A program made the position numbers and the translations under genes. Under the pieces are notes generated by a model, which worked only from the letters and a program-made list of their open reading frames with translations, did not search any database and was not told where the DNA came from. From Chiloscyllium plagiosum (taxonomy: Eukaryota), in NCBI RefSeq assembly GCF_004010195.1, contig NC_057719.1:14010364-14074363 (forward strand): a DNA stretch of 64,000 nucleotides. Reading direction: 5' to 3'. Shown here in pieces: positions 50,191 to 63,324 of the stretch (positions are counted from its first letter, which is position 1; each line of letters opens with the position of its first letter).

Positions 50191-50375
50191 GAGGCTTGAA
50201 TGGGATACGGAGGTGTTCGGTGGTGGGTGTGCCAGAGCCTGAGTTTGCATGTGCTTGTGTATATTTGCTGGCATGTAGTTAGTATAGTGTATACGTGAGT
50301 TTAGATTTACAACCAGTTTTTTTGAAGGGTTTTAAAAATGAAGCCATCTTTCGAGATTGATGGTTCATTTTTTGT

Positions 50376-50386
50376 AAAGGGGGAGG
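50376..50386 (+). promoter_or_regulatory. Polypurine tract
   Basis: aaagggggagg immediately before the TG of the 3' LTR. Confidence 0.85.
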
Positions 50387-51199
50387 TGTCACAAAGCTGT
50401 TCCTTTTCTCAAGGACATTGTGTCCTTGGCTTTTTTCAGAAGGATTGTAAATCAGCTCCAAGCTCTGAGGTGGCTAGGTTGGTACAGAGGTGAGAAAGGA
50501 TTTTGAAAGATCTTTTGTCTATATGCAAACAGGTGAGGCTTCATGTCATGTTTTAGAAGTGACCTATATAATGAAAGTGGAGTGGTCAGTTCTGAAAGCT
50601 AAAGTTAAGTTTGAGTCAGTTCAGCTGTGGAGCTGTGTGGAAACAGCCTGCTAGTCTCTCTCTCCTGTTGCCCTTCAAACTTCGACCTTGTTTCATTTCT
50701 TCTCTTTCTCGCAAGATGAAGGAGTAATAACATCAGAATTATATCTAAGGCAGCCTTTGTTTCATTTTTACTGTTTTTAAGGGGGTTTGTTTATTGGGAT
50801 TGTTGTGCATATTTGGAACATCGTAATAAAGCCTGAAGAAGGGTTTATGGACGAAACGTCAATTCTCCTGCTCCTCGGATGCTGCCTGGCCTGCTGTGTT
50901 TTTCCAGCACCACATTTTTCAACTCTGGTACTCCAGCATCTGCAGTCCTCACTTTCTCCTCACAGCATAATAAAGTCTAGTTTGGATAGACTGAGTTCTG
51001 TGAGTGTTCTTTATTCTGTTCTTTGTGTTTTCTTCTGCAATTTTGTGAATAAACTTTTGTCTGTTTTAAAACATGCTAGTCAACCTCGCTAACTCATTCC
51101 AGGTAATTTTCACTGTACACTTACCGAAACAAACTGCAAAGTTATGGTCTGGGCTGCTTTCTTAAGAATGTTTTGAGTGGTCTGGCCTACTCCATAACA
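50387..51199 (+). repeat. 3' LTR
   Basis: tgtcac...cataaca; homologous to the 5' LTR, with two insertions absent there. Confidence 0.9.
50832..50961 (+). mobile_element. Short PLE-derived element, family B, inserted in the 3' LTR
   Basis: Absent from the 5' LTR. TSD acatcgtaataaag / acagcataataaag (50818-50831 / 50962-50975). Confidence 0.88.
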
Positions 51200-52834
51200 G
51201 CAGGCACGATGGGCTGAATACCCCCCCCTGCTGTACCGTAATGTACATATTTGCAACTTCCATTCACCATCCTGATTTGGAAATTCCTTCATTGTATCGG
51301 CATTGGGAGTCTACTTGCAACAAAGAAACTGCAGCAGTTCAAGGAGGCAGGTCAGCAGCACCTTCTCAAGGGCAAGTAGGGATGGGCAATAAATGCTGGC
51401 CAGCGACTGCCAAAAGTGCATTAAAAAACCATGGTCATCTATCTGACTACTATTTGTGGACTGATGCCTATACTTGGCCACAGCATTAACAAGGCAGCAA
51501 AAGCTGATGACCTCAAATTTGAAATGTATGATCTGGAAGAAAACTGGCATTGAATACCAATGGATATATTTCTTCTCTTTCTCGCAAGTTGAAGGAGTAA
51601 TAACATCAGAATTATATCTAAGGCAGTTACTGCAGTGTTATAATAGGAAAGTGTTGCATTTGAAATGAGAATGACCTCACGGCTCCAAAGCTACGAATAA
51701 CATACAAATCAATCGGTTTCTGACATGACTAGACTTTATATCCTTACTCCCTGTCTCTTGCCCTTTCCCTCTGCAGAGCTGTCATGCTCAGATTTCAAAC
51801 TCTACAGGCGTTGAACTTTTTAAAACCTTTGTCTTCCAGTACTCACCTGACTTCTTCTGATATGTCCACCTTCTGAAATCTATTTGACTTTCGGTTTGTG
51901 CTCAGCTTTATTTCCTTTCAAGCCAGCTCTAAGACTTACCAGGCTGTCAAACAATTCAAAATTCAGTATATTGATTAATATTGTAAGATCAATATTAATC
52001 TTTGTTAATCTTGGTTTTAATTATACTTAGTTGATACATTCGCTGCATCCATTTCATGTTTATTTTGAATATTGAATGCAATTTTCATCATTCAATAAAG
52101 TTTAGAAAAAGTTTGTTTTCCTATTTCTAAATTCTGATTATTAACCCCTTTGTATGGCTTATCCATATAGAATTATATTTTAGAAAACCTTCAAAAACAG
52201 AATTATGTATTCTAAAATATCAAAAGCTCTTGAATCATCATATCCCAAAATGAAAAGGATAACTGACATGTTTTACTTGGAAATTCATCACATTATAGCA
52301 CATACTAGGCAGTCTACAAGTCTGAAAAAATCCCCTTCGGTCCTTTTCTGGTTCATTTCCATTTATTTGGTTGCTTCACCACACAGGTTTATTCATAGTA
52401 CGGGAGACTGCAGTTCACTTCTTATTCCGGTCCACAAGTGAAAATAGTTGGCCACATGGTATTTTTGCCGTCAGGATTGTAAGTCATCTCCATTAAAGTT
52501 TCGTAGGCACCAGCTCACCCCTCTCACCATTTAAGGGGATATTCACCTACCTTCATCTAAGCTGTGTAAACAGGCTACCATTCAATGCAAAAACAAGGAG
52601 TTTAAAATTGACGGTGAACGTTATTGGACTCTTACCAATCAGTTAAAACTGATTACTACTCATTATCCCTGCAAGCTACAGTGTATTTACTGTTCCCTGA
52701 GAAACTAAGGGCAGTCCTTTGAGTCTCCCCCACCATTCAGGTGAACCGTAAGACCAAACGACATAGGAGCAGAAATGAGGTCATCCAGTCTGCTCTGCCA
52801 TTCAACCATGGCTGATAAGTTTCTCACCCCAAAC

Positions 52835-52985
52835 ACCCACTGGAGTGGGAGGGGTCTTTGATGATGTTGGTTGTCGTCCTGAGGCAGCAAGACATATAAG
52901 TGGAGTCAACAGGTGGAAGGTTGGCTTTCATGATGGATTGGGCTGTATTCATAACTCTCTCTGTAGTTTCTTATGGTCCTGGGTA
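52835..52985 (-). mobile_element. Rex1/Babar LINE fragment
   Basis: Minus strand KLQRVMNTAQSIMKANLPPVDSTYMSCCLRTTTNIIKDPSH. Confidence 0.7.
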
Positions 52986-54875
52986 GAAGGGAATATATAC
53001 ATAGAGCTGGAGAATGTGAGTGAAGTTCTTAATGAATATTTTGTATCAGTATTCACAATGGAGAAGGACATGGTGGATAATGAGTTGCGAGAAGGGTATG
53101 TTGATTAACTAGGACGTGATGATTTAAAAAGGAGGAGGAGCTGGGTGTTTTGAAAAGCATTAAGGTAGACAAGTCCCCAGGACCTGGTAGGGTCTATCCC
53201 AGAATGCTGAGGGAGGTGACGGAAGAAATTGCAGGGCCCTGACCAAAATCTTTGTATACTCTTTACTCACAAGAGAGGTCTTGAGAATAACTAATGTTGT
53301 TCTTTTGCTTAGCAAGGCAACTGGGATAATTTGGAAAGTTATAGTCCAATTAGACTTCAGTCAGTGATAGGAAAATTATTGGAGAAGATTCTTAGGGACA
53401 GGATTTAGTCAAATTTGGAAAGATATGGACTTATTAGTGTTAGGCAGCAAGGCTTTGCGCAGGGAAGTCAAGTCTCACAAATTTGATTGAGTTTTTTGAG
53501 GACATGACAAAAGTGATTGATGAGGGCAGGGAGGTAGATGTTGTCTATATGAACTTTAGCAAGGCCTTCAACATGGCTAACTGATACAGAAGGTGAAGTT
53601 ACATGGAATTAGCAGTGAGCTGGTAAGATGGATACAGAACTGGCTTGGCCATGAAAGACAGAGAGTAGCATTGGAGCTGTGCTTTTCTGACTGGAGATCT
53701 ATTAGAAGCATTAACATCCAGAGGGATCTAGGCATATAGGTCCACAATTCCCAGGAAGTGACAACATAAGTAGATAAGGTGGTCAGGAAGGTATATGGCA
53801 AGCTTGGCATCACTGGTTGAGGCATAGAATATAAGAATTGGTGAGTCAGGTTGCAGCTGAATAGACCTTCAGTTAGGCCACACTTGGAATATTGTGTACA
53901 GTTCTGGTCACTACACAATCTGGATGTAGAGGCTCTGGAGAGGGTACAGAAAAGATTATCAAGATGTTACCTGGTTTGGAGGGTATCAACTATGTGGAGA
54001 AATTGGACAAACTTGTTTGTTTTCACTTGAAGTTGGGTAAGGGGTGACCTGATAGAATTTTAGAAAATTATGAAAGGCATGGAGAGAATGGATTGTCAGA
54101 GTCTGTTCCCAGAATAGAAATGTCAATTATTTGGGGACATTTAAGGTAAAAGGGGGAAAGTTAAAAGGAGGTATGAGGCAGGTTTTTTTTTCACAGTGAA
54201 GCTGGTCAGTGTTTGGAATGCATTGTCAGAGGAAAGTCATACAGAATAGAAACAGACCCTTCAGTTCAACTTGTCCTTGCCAACCAGGTTCCCTAAACTG
54301 ATCTAGTCCCATTTGCCTGCAGTTGGCCCCTATCCCTCTAAACCCTTCTTATCCGTGTACCTGCTCAAATGTTGTAATTGTATCAGTCTCCACCATGTCC
54401 TCTGGCAGTTCGTTCCATGCATGCCTGTACTGATTTTGTAAACCTCTATAAGGTCAGCCCTCAGCCTCCAATGCTTCAGGGAAAAAAGTCCCTGCCCATC
54501 CTGCCTCTCCTTGTAACTCAACTCCTCCAATCCCGGTAACATCTTTGTCAATCTTTTCTGCACCCTTTCCAGTTTAGTGGCATCCTTCCCCATGGCAGGG
54601 TGACCAGAATTGTACGCAGACTCCAAAAGTGGTCTCATTAATGTCTTGTACAACGGCAATGTGACATTCCAAGTGTGATGTTCAATGCTCTGACCCATGA
54701 AGCACATGAGCTGATACAATGGCAATGTTTAAGAGGCATCGTGACAGATACATGAATAGGGAAGCAATATAGAGATATAAACCGTGTAAATGCAAAAGGT
54801 TGTTGGTTTAGAAAAGCATCATGGGTCGGTGTAAGTGAGCCAAAGGGCTGGTACCTGTTCTGTTCTTTGTTCTCT
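52986..54875 (+). mobile_element. Decayed CR1 RT and 3' end
   Basis: EVLNEYFVSVFT, KSPGP, SLTNLIEFFE, RPHLEYCVQFWS; tail tgttctgttctttgttct. Confidence 0.88.
54237..54710 (-). mobile_element. HER1-like CR1 3' fragment nested antisense in CR1
   Basis: Minus ORF LYKTLMRPLLE...KLERVQKRLTKMLPGL...GLFSL. Confidence 0.85.
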
Positions 54876-55310
54876 GTTGATCCTTTGGTGCAATTTTCCC
54901 GAGAGGTGCCAATCTTCTCGTTCCATTAAAAACATTTTGTAATGTCTGTGTTTCTGCATCAAGTACCATTTCCGATGCTAGGAAGGTCTGACCAGTGGAC
55001 TGTAATAAGAAATATAAAAGAGGTTTTGTTTCATTGCAATCTGAATCTGTAGAGGTAGGAAGTTAATTGTAGTCACATGCAGTCACATAAGATGTAGCAA
55101 TGTGTTTCAAAGAGCAAGTTTCTACTGAGGCACTACACAAACAAAAAGGGAATTTTGTTTTGTAGTTTGACTTTGACACCACGAGTAAAAATTATTGAAT
55201 TTATGCTATGTCTAACATTGTCCATTTCCTGTTTAATGTTCAATACATTTGTTTTTGGTCTATCAGTTGATTCACAGGCTGACATTCTGAATATCTTACT
55301 ACCTTAATTG

Positions 55311-55436
55311 AGGAGAAAGTGAGGTCTGCAGATGCTGGAGATCAGAGCTGGAATTGTGTTGCTGGAAAAGCGCAGCAGGTCAGGCAGCATCCAGGGAACA
55401 GGAGAATCGACTTTCGGGCATAAGCCCTTCTTCAGG
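55311..55436 (-). mobile_element. Short PLE-derived element, family B
   Basis: Hammerhead with a 1-nt deletion after GAAA; TSD accttaattgagga (55301-55314 / 55446-55459). Confidence 0.88.
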
Positions 55437-57036
55437 ACATTGAGGACCTTAATTGAGGACATTGCAGTAGCTCCCTGCTCTGATAAAGTACATTATCAAG
55501 GACTTTTAATGTGATTCCCAAGTCTTGCCATATTCACCTAAATTCTCAGACAGCTGAAGCCATATAGCATGAGTTGGAAAAGATCTATTTACATAATTGG
55601 CCAGAGGTGACAAGTTTCTCACCTAAAAGCCCAAACATTTCACAGCAACAGTCAATGATAGAGACCCACACTGTACTGGCTATTTTTACATTCCAATCTG
55701 TCAATAACTCCTTTACGCTGATAAATCAATTCATTTCTGACAATTGCAAAACACTAGCCTTAAAACTACAGTGAATATAATGAGGACAGGTCTGCCTTGG
55801 TCAATTTCTGCCTTCCAGGATTAGCCACTGTAAGAGGGTTTATCACATTCAATCTGATTTCATTAAATGTCAGCACATTCATTATGCGAAAGGATTGAAA
55901 AAATCTTATTAATTTATAAAATGCAAAGGCCACTTGCTGGCTACTGATTTGCTGTAATTTTCATTGAGAACGTTGAATAATTTCTGGGTAAAAAAGTTAA
56001 TCAGCAGAGGAATTACAGATTTTTTTCAAGATTCATAAGGTGAAGGATGTGCTGGTTTGGAAAGGACAATTTAAATGGTGGCATCTTCTAAATTAACACA
56101 ATCCTTTAGAAGGAAGGTAGTGTAATAAAGGATAATCTGCCTAAACTAAGTTACTGCTTTATTTTAAATTGAAAGATGAGTACCAAATATGTAAACCTTG
56201 TACCATTCATTATCCATGGATAGCAAGATGAATGTTGCTCTTGGAATTGGAACAGGCTTGTGTTATCCCCCTGGTAATCTATAGAGTGGGTCCGATGCTG
56301 AGAATCTGCCCAGTCAGGTATTCCAAGAGGTGCTGTACCTTGAGACAGAAACCATGGTCTATCTTGACAAATTGACAAAGTTCTGACTGATGCGGTGTGT
56401 AGGTTACAAGCAGAGCTTACTTAACCATGAAATTAGCAAAAGATTGAAGTGATAGTCACAAAGAGAGCAAGAGAAAGAGCTTATCTGATCCTGGTCAGAA
56501 ACATCCAGAGCTCTCGCCCTTATTCTTTCTTTTCATAGTGTGCCCTACAAGGCCTATTGTTCCCACTGCACCCACTGGTTACTCTCAGATAAGGAACTGC
56601 TTTTCAATCTCCTCAGGATGCTTGTGTGATTGTATCTTGTCTTTATCCCTCTGTTTAAATAATAATCCCATGATGACCTTGTTTGCACTTAACCTTCAAA
56701 CGGTTTCTTAACTTTCAATTCTCGGTTTCTCAATCTTGCAAAACTCATCAGTTGATTATGACATTTTGCTGACCTCATTATCTTTACAAGCTCCTCTACC
56801 TGTGATGCAACAATATTCCTGAGCCTGACCTCAGGAGACAACCACACAATGTGACCTACACACACAATCATCTGAATGGGCATTGATTCAATAACCAACG
56901 TGACCTTACACACAGCAACCATGGACACTGATTCAATCAAAGATGCATGGGATGAAAGGCCAGTATCATAGTACTACAATCCATGCTGATGCTTTTCCAA
57001 TCCCAACTTCTGTTAAGAATCCTTCCAATCAAATAG

Positions 57037-57362
57037 TGGGTGGCACAGTGGCTCAGTGATTGGCACTGCTGCTTCACAGTGCCAGGGACCTGGGTTCAAT
57101 TCCTGCCTCAGGCAACTGTCTGTGTGGAGATGACACATTCTCCCTGTGTTTGTGTGGGTTTCTTCTGGGTGCTCTGGTTTCCTCCCACAATCCAAAGATG
57201 TGCTGGTTAGCTGCATTGGCCATGCTAAATTGCTCGGAGTGTTAGGTGAATTAGTCAGGGGTAAATGTAGGGGAATGGGTCTGGGTGGGTTACTCTTCGG
57301 AGGGTCGGTGTGGACTTGTTGGGCTGAAGGGCCTGTTTCCACACTGTAGGGAATCTAATCTA
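57037..57362 (+). mobile_element. HE1 SINE
   Basis: gggtggcacagtggctcagtg...gggttcaattcc...aatctaatcta tail. Confidence 0.92.
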
Positions 57363-58465
57363 GTCAAATGTGTTGAGCATTTTAATTGGCGCCAAGATGC
57401 CATGGTATAAAACACTTGGTGTCTTTTACTGTGAAAGAATGAACATGGAAACTGATGAATCTTTTTATATTTTTAACCTGATTTGATACAATTTGGCAGT
57501 CTGAAATTTACTTCACTAAATGGAAGATCCATGCTCATGTCACTGTTCACACTACAAGTTGGGGCAAGGAATATAAAAGCAAACAAACAATTCTGACCTC
57601 GACAAGCCATTGGGTGGTTAGGACTAATACATAAGTTTTGGCATGTGGCTTTGGGAAGAACACCAAAGCATCACGGTCTGCTTTGGCAGAGGTTTCCGGC
57701 CTAGTATCCAGCGACCCAGCATGATGGTCTCATCCTGGCTGTTGCATCAGGGTATCCCATCATTCCTTAAACAACTTTCCCCAAGCCCAGGAGCTATTAA
57801 CTGATGAACTGTGATAAACTCGGTCTGAATTTTACTGTTTTTATTATTATGTTTGACTTCTGTCATTAATGTAGGAGCCGTGGTAGGACGACTTAGAAAA
57901 CCTTTCACTGCATTTTTCGTGTAGAAGTATGCACAGCAACAAACTTCTATTCTATTCTATTGAGATGATTCATGAAAATCCTACGTCAAGTGAGATGCTT
58001 TAGGTACGAAGACAGTGTGAAAAATCTTTGGGTCCTATTAAAAGAGCAGACAGGGTTAAACAAAGACCTATTTATTTTTCTTTTACTTTGTCCTTGGCAT
58101 GTGAGTGTTGCTGGCAAGCCCAGTATTTATGGTCCATTCTGAATTATTCTGATGCAGATGGTGATGAGCCACTGTTTTCAGCTGCTGCTATCCATGTGTT
58201 ATGGGTACATTTCCTAACTGTTGTACCAAGGTGAGGCGGACCTTCCAGGTTTTTTAAACCCACTTTCCTGACTGAATGCAGCTCTAAAAACAGTCAGGAA
58301 GATTGACATTATCCAAATAAAAGCAGCAGCCCATCCACAAGCTTGAACATTCACTGTCTACCCCCAACCAGCTCACCATGGCTGCACTGGGTAACATTTC
58401 CAAGACGCATGTTAATAACTCGCCAGCGTTTCTTTGACAACATCTTCCAAACCTTCAACCTATAG

Positions 58466-61400
58466 GAACTGAGGCTTCAAGCGGACAGGGCCTGGGAAAT
58501 GAATATTCAAGGCTATACGTGCTATTGTAAGGACAGACTGGCTGGCAGAGGGGGTGGGGTGGCCCTGTTGGTAAGGAATGATATTCAGTCCCTTGCGCGG
58601 CGGGACCTACAATCAGGGGATGTAGAGTCAGTATGGATAGAGCTGAGAAATTCTAAGGGTAGGAAGACCCTAATGGGAGTTATCTACAGGCCTGAAAATG
58701 TGTTGCTGGAAAAGCGCAGCAGGTCAGGCAGCATCCAAGGAGCAGGAGAATCAACGTTTCAGGCATGAGCCCTTCTTCAGGAATGAGGAAAGTGCGTCCA
58801 GCAGGCTAAGATAAAAGGTAGGGAAGAGGGACTTGGGGGAGGGGCGTTGGAAATGCGATAGGTGGAAGGAGGTTAAGGTGAGGGTGATAGGCCGGAGTGG
58901 GGGTGGGGGCGGAGAGGTCAGGAAGAAGATTGCAGGTTAGGAAGGCGGTGCTGAGTTCGAGGGTTGGGACTGAGACAAGGTGGGGGAAGGGGAAATGAGG
59001 AAACTGGAGAAATCTGAGTTTATCCCTTGTGGTTGGAGGGTTCCTAGGCGGAAGATGAGGTGCTCTTCCTCCAGCCAACGTGTTGCTATGGTCTGGTGAT
59101 GGAGGAGTCCAAGGACCTGCATGTCCTTTGCGGAGTGGGAGGGGGAGTTGAAGTGTTGAGCCACAGGGTGGTTGGGTTGGTTGGTCCGGGTGTCCCAGAG
59201 GCGTTCTCTGAAACATTCCGCAAGTAGGCGGCCTGAGTCCCCAATATAGAGGAGGCCACATCGGGTGCAGCGGATGCAGTAAATGATGTGTGTGGAGGTG
59301 CAGGTGAATTTGTGGTGGATATCTATAGGCCCCCAAACAGTAGCCTGGATGTAGTGTGTAAGTTGAATAAGGAGCTGAAATTGGCCTGCTGCAAAGATAT
59401 TACTACAGTTGTTATGGGTGATTTCAACATGCAAGTAGACTGGGAGAATCAGGATGGTACTGGACTCCAAGAAAGTTTGTGGAGTGTCTCTGAGATGGAT
59501 TCCTAGAACAGCTTGTGCTGGAGCCTACCAGGGAGAAAGCAATTCTGGATCTGGTGTTGTGCAACAAACCGGATTTGATCAGGGACCTCGAAGTAAAGGA
59601 GCCATTAGGAGGTAGTGACTACAATACAATAAGCTTTAATCTGCAGTTTGAATGGGAGAGGGTAGAATTGGAAGTGACAATATTTCAGTTGAATAAGGGG
59701 AACTATGGAGCTATGAGGGAGGAGCTGGCCAAAGTTCAATAGTGCAATACCCTAGCAGGGATGGCAGTGGAACAACAATGGCAGGTATTTCTGGGTGTAT
59801 TGCAGAAGATGCAGGATCAGTTCATTCCGAAAGGAAGAAAGATCCTAAGGGGAGGCAGATGTGGCCGTGATTGACGAGGGAAGTTAAGGACCATATAAAG
59901 GGAAAAGGGAAAAAGTATAACATAGCAAAAATGGGTGGGAAATTGGAGGACTGGGAAGCTTTTAAAGAACAACAGTGGATAACTAAAAAGGAAATATGCA
60001 AAGACAAAATAAGGTACAAAGGTAAAGTGGCCAAAAATATAAAGGAGGATAGTAAAGGCTTTTTTAGGTATGTGAAAAGAAAAAAAAAGGTTAAGAATAA
60101 AATTGGCCCTTGAAGACAGAAACATACAAATTTATTACGGGGAACAAAGAAATGGCAGAAGAGTTGAATTGGTACTTTAGATCTGTCTTCACTGGGGAAG
60201 ACACGAGCAATCTCCCAGATGTAATAGTGACTGAAGGACCTGAACTGAAGGGAATTTATATTTGCCAGGAAATGGTGTTGGAGAGACTGTTAGGTCTGAA
60301 GGCTGATAAGTCCCCGGGACCTGATGGTCTACATCCCAGGGTACCGAAGGAGGTGGCTCTAGAAATCATGGATGCATTGGTGATCATTTTCCAATGTTCT
60401 ATAGATTTAGGATCAGTTCCTGCTGATTGGAGGGTGGCTAATGTTGTACCACTTTTTAAGAAAGGAGGGAGAGAGAAAACAGAGAATTATAGACCAGTTA
60501 GTCTAACCTCAGTGGTGGGAAAAATGCTGGAGTCAATTATAAAGGATGAAATTACGACACATCTGGATAGCAGTAACAGGATAGGTCAGAGTCAGCATGG
60601 ATTTATGAAGGGGAAATCATGCTTGACTAATCTTCTGGAATTTTTTGAGGATGTAACTCTGAAGATGGATAAGGGAGATCCAACGGATATAGTTTACCTG
60701 GACTTTCAGAAAGCCTTTGATAAAGTTCCACATAGGAGGTTACTGAGCAAAATTAGGGCACATGGTATAAGGGGCAAAATACTGACATGGATTGAAAATT
60801 GGTTGGCCGACAGGAAACAAGAGTAGTGATAAACGGCTTCCTTTTGGAATGGCAGGCGGTGACCAGTGGGGTACCGCAGGGATCAGTGCTGGGACCGCAG
60901 CTTTTTACAATATATATTAATGATATAGATGAAGGTATTAAAAGTAATATTGCAAATTTGCTGATGACACAAAGCTGGGTGGCAGGTGAAATGTGAGGAG
61001 GATGTTAGGAGATTACAGTGTGACCTGGACAGGCTAGGTGAGTGGACAGATGCATGGCAGATGCAGTTTAATNNNNNNNNNNNNNNNNNNNNNNNNNNNN
61101 NNNNNNNNNNNNNNNNNNNNNNNNNNNNNNNNNNNNNNNNNNNNNNNNNNNNNNNNNNNNNNNNNNNNNNNNNNNTATAGAAGCAAAGAGGTCCTTCTGC
61201 AGCTGTACAGGGCCCTAGTGAGACCGCACCTGGAATATTGTGCATAGTTTTGGTCTCCAAATTTGAGGAAAGACATTCTGGCTATTGAGGGAGTGCAGCG
61301 TAGGTACACGAGGTCAATTCCTGGAATGGTGGGACTATCTTACGCTGAAAGATTGGAGCGACTGGGCTTGTATATGCTGGACTTTAGAAGGCTGAGAGGG

Positions 61401-61786
61401 GATCTGATTGAGACGTATAAGATTATTAAAGGATTGGACACTCTGGAGGCAGGAAGCATGTTTCCGCTGATGGGTGAGTCCCGAATCAGAGGACACAGAT
61501 TAAAAATAAGGGGTAGGCCATTTAGAACAGAGTTGAGGAGAAATGTCTTCACCCAGAGAGTGGTGAGTGTGTGGAATGCTCTGCCCCAGATGGCTGTGGA
61601 GGCCAAGTATCTGGATACTTTCAAAAAAGAGTTGGATAGAGCTCTTAAGGATAGTGGAATCAAGGGTTATGGGGATAAGGCAGGAACAGGATACTGTTTG
61701 AGGATGATCAGCCATGATCGTAATGAATGGTGGTGCTGGCTCGAAGGGCAGAATGGCCTACTCCTGCACCTATTGTCTATTGTCTA
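58466..61786 (+). mobile_element. Long CR1 LINE, near-complete ORF2 (APE and RT), inactivated
   Basis: GRGGGVALL, GVIYRP|PN, MGDFN, SDYN, KSPGPDG, YLDFQKAFDKVPH, GVPQGSVLGP, HLEYC; stops, frameshifts and an N gap. Confidence 0.95.
58693..59319 (-). mobile_element. PLE 3' fragment (GIY-YIG and terminal hammerhead), family B parent, inserted in the CR1 endonuclease
   Basis: FTCTSTHIIYCIRCTRCGLLYIGD...EEEHLIFRLGTLQPQGIN; hammerhead at about 58748-58783; TSD tatcta(c/t)aggcc (58681-58692 / 59320-59331). Confidence 0.92.
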
Positions 61787-61914
61787 AATGCAAGTCCCTT
61801 GTCTATTCCCATAATACCCTTGGAATTATGTCACGGTTCCTTCAAGATCACGAAGCTGAGATGCTCAAACTCTCTACTAACAGCATTGTGGGAGCAACTT
61901 TATGATATCGACTT

Positions 61915-62520
61915 CCATTCATCATTGGCAGTCCCTCGCAGATGAGGATGATGCTCTCCCACTCTCAGGGTGAGTCTGTAGGAGGCTGTGACAGACCGAT
62001 GGGGCTACCGCAGGCTCTGTTACAGTGGGAGCAGAAGGTGGTCATGGGAAGGGGTGGGTGGGGGTGTTGGTGTGGCAGCGCGCTCCTTATGATGTTAGCA
62101 CCGATTTCCGCTTTTTCCCGATGGCAGGTCTCAAGGTGCTCGACACCTTCTTGGATGCTCCTCCTCCACTTTGGATGGTCTTGGGCCAGTGATTCCCAGG
62201 TATCTGTGGGAATGCTGCACTTCCCAAGTGAGGTCTTGGGGCATCCCTGAAGTACTTCCGCTGTCCACCTGGGGCTCGCCTGCCATTTCGGAGCTGGGAG
62301 TAGAGCACCTGCTTTGGGGGAGGTCTCAAGTCAGTCATGGTGACAATGTGCCCAGCCCATCACAGCCAATCACAGGGCGGGGTCAGTGCCTCGATGCTGG
62401 AGATGTTGGCTTGATCAAGGACGCTCCTGTTGATTCATCTGTCCTCCCAGCGGATTCACAGGACCTTGCACGGGTAGCATTGGTGGGACTGCTCCAGCAC
62501 CTTGCGGTGTCTGTTGTAGA
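61915..62520 (-). mobile_element. RTE-clade LINE 3' fragment
   Basis: Minus ORF PKQVLYSQLRNGRRAPGGQRKYFRD, typical of the RTE C-terminus. Confidence 0.82.
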
Positions 62521-63324
62521 CAGATAGGGACTACAGCACATGGCTGGCCACCTCTTTCTCAAGGGCAATTACAGATAGGCAATGCACAGGTCTCATGAAT
62601 GAGAAATGAAATTAACTACTGAACATATGGCATACAAAAATCTCACATAGAGGAACTGAAACCCTTTCATTTGTGGACAGGCTGAAGTTTGATATCCCAC
62701 CACATAATCCATTCAGACATCAATACACAGAGAGACAAAAAAAATAGCACCCTCAGCTGAGAGAAAGTGACAATAACTAAATCAGAAATAATTTACTCCC
62801 ATTCGCCGTCCAAAGAATGTGCAATAAAATGCTAATCATAAGATATTGTGGCTGGGACATTCCAAGGTCCAGGGCTACGTGCAGAGGGACTGAGTAAAGT
62901 TTGGGGCAGCTGCTGCTGAAGGCAGAGTGGGGAAAGACCACCATCTGAGGGCTTTCTGCCCGAGTTGAGTGGGGGTCTGTTCAGTTATTCGACGCCAAGG
63001 AGCTTCCAGTATCTGTGAATATAATCTTGTACAAGTGAGAAATGGCTTGGGTTTGTTCACCGGTTAGAGTTTGTTCCTTCATATGCCACTGCATAGAACC
63101 AACCTGCTTAAAGATATTTTCATGAATAAATTATATTTTTGAGATTTTAAAAAGTCACCATCGACTGACCATAATTCTACTGTAACATATGGACCGAAGT
63201 AATCATGTGTTTATTTTATCATTAAAACATGGCACTGCTTGTTGTTGTACGTACAGCATTACATCAGCTCTCAGAATGTTTGGCCAGCTTGACCAGTTCC
63301 ATTACAGTGCTCCAGTTTTATTTT

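Larger units (their letters stand above)
43060..51199 (+). mobile_element. Decayed Gmr1-like Ty3/Gypsy LTR retrotransposon (gag-PR-IN-RT-RH)
   Basis: Partial 5' LTR 43060-43551, PBS, gag, protease, integrase, RT, RNase H, PPT and 3' LTR 50387-51199 (TG...CA). Many stops and frameshifts; three nested insertions. Confidence 0.92.

Noticed and set aside
43060..51199. Endogenous retrovirus, suggested by the tRNA-Pro PBS
   Set aside because: No env is present, RT and RNase H motifs are Gypsy-type, and integrase precedes RT.
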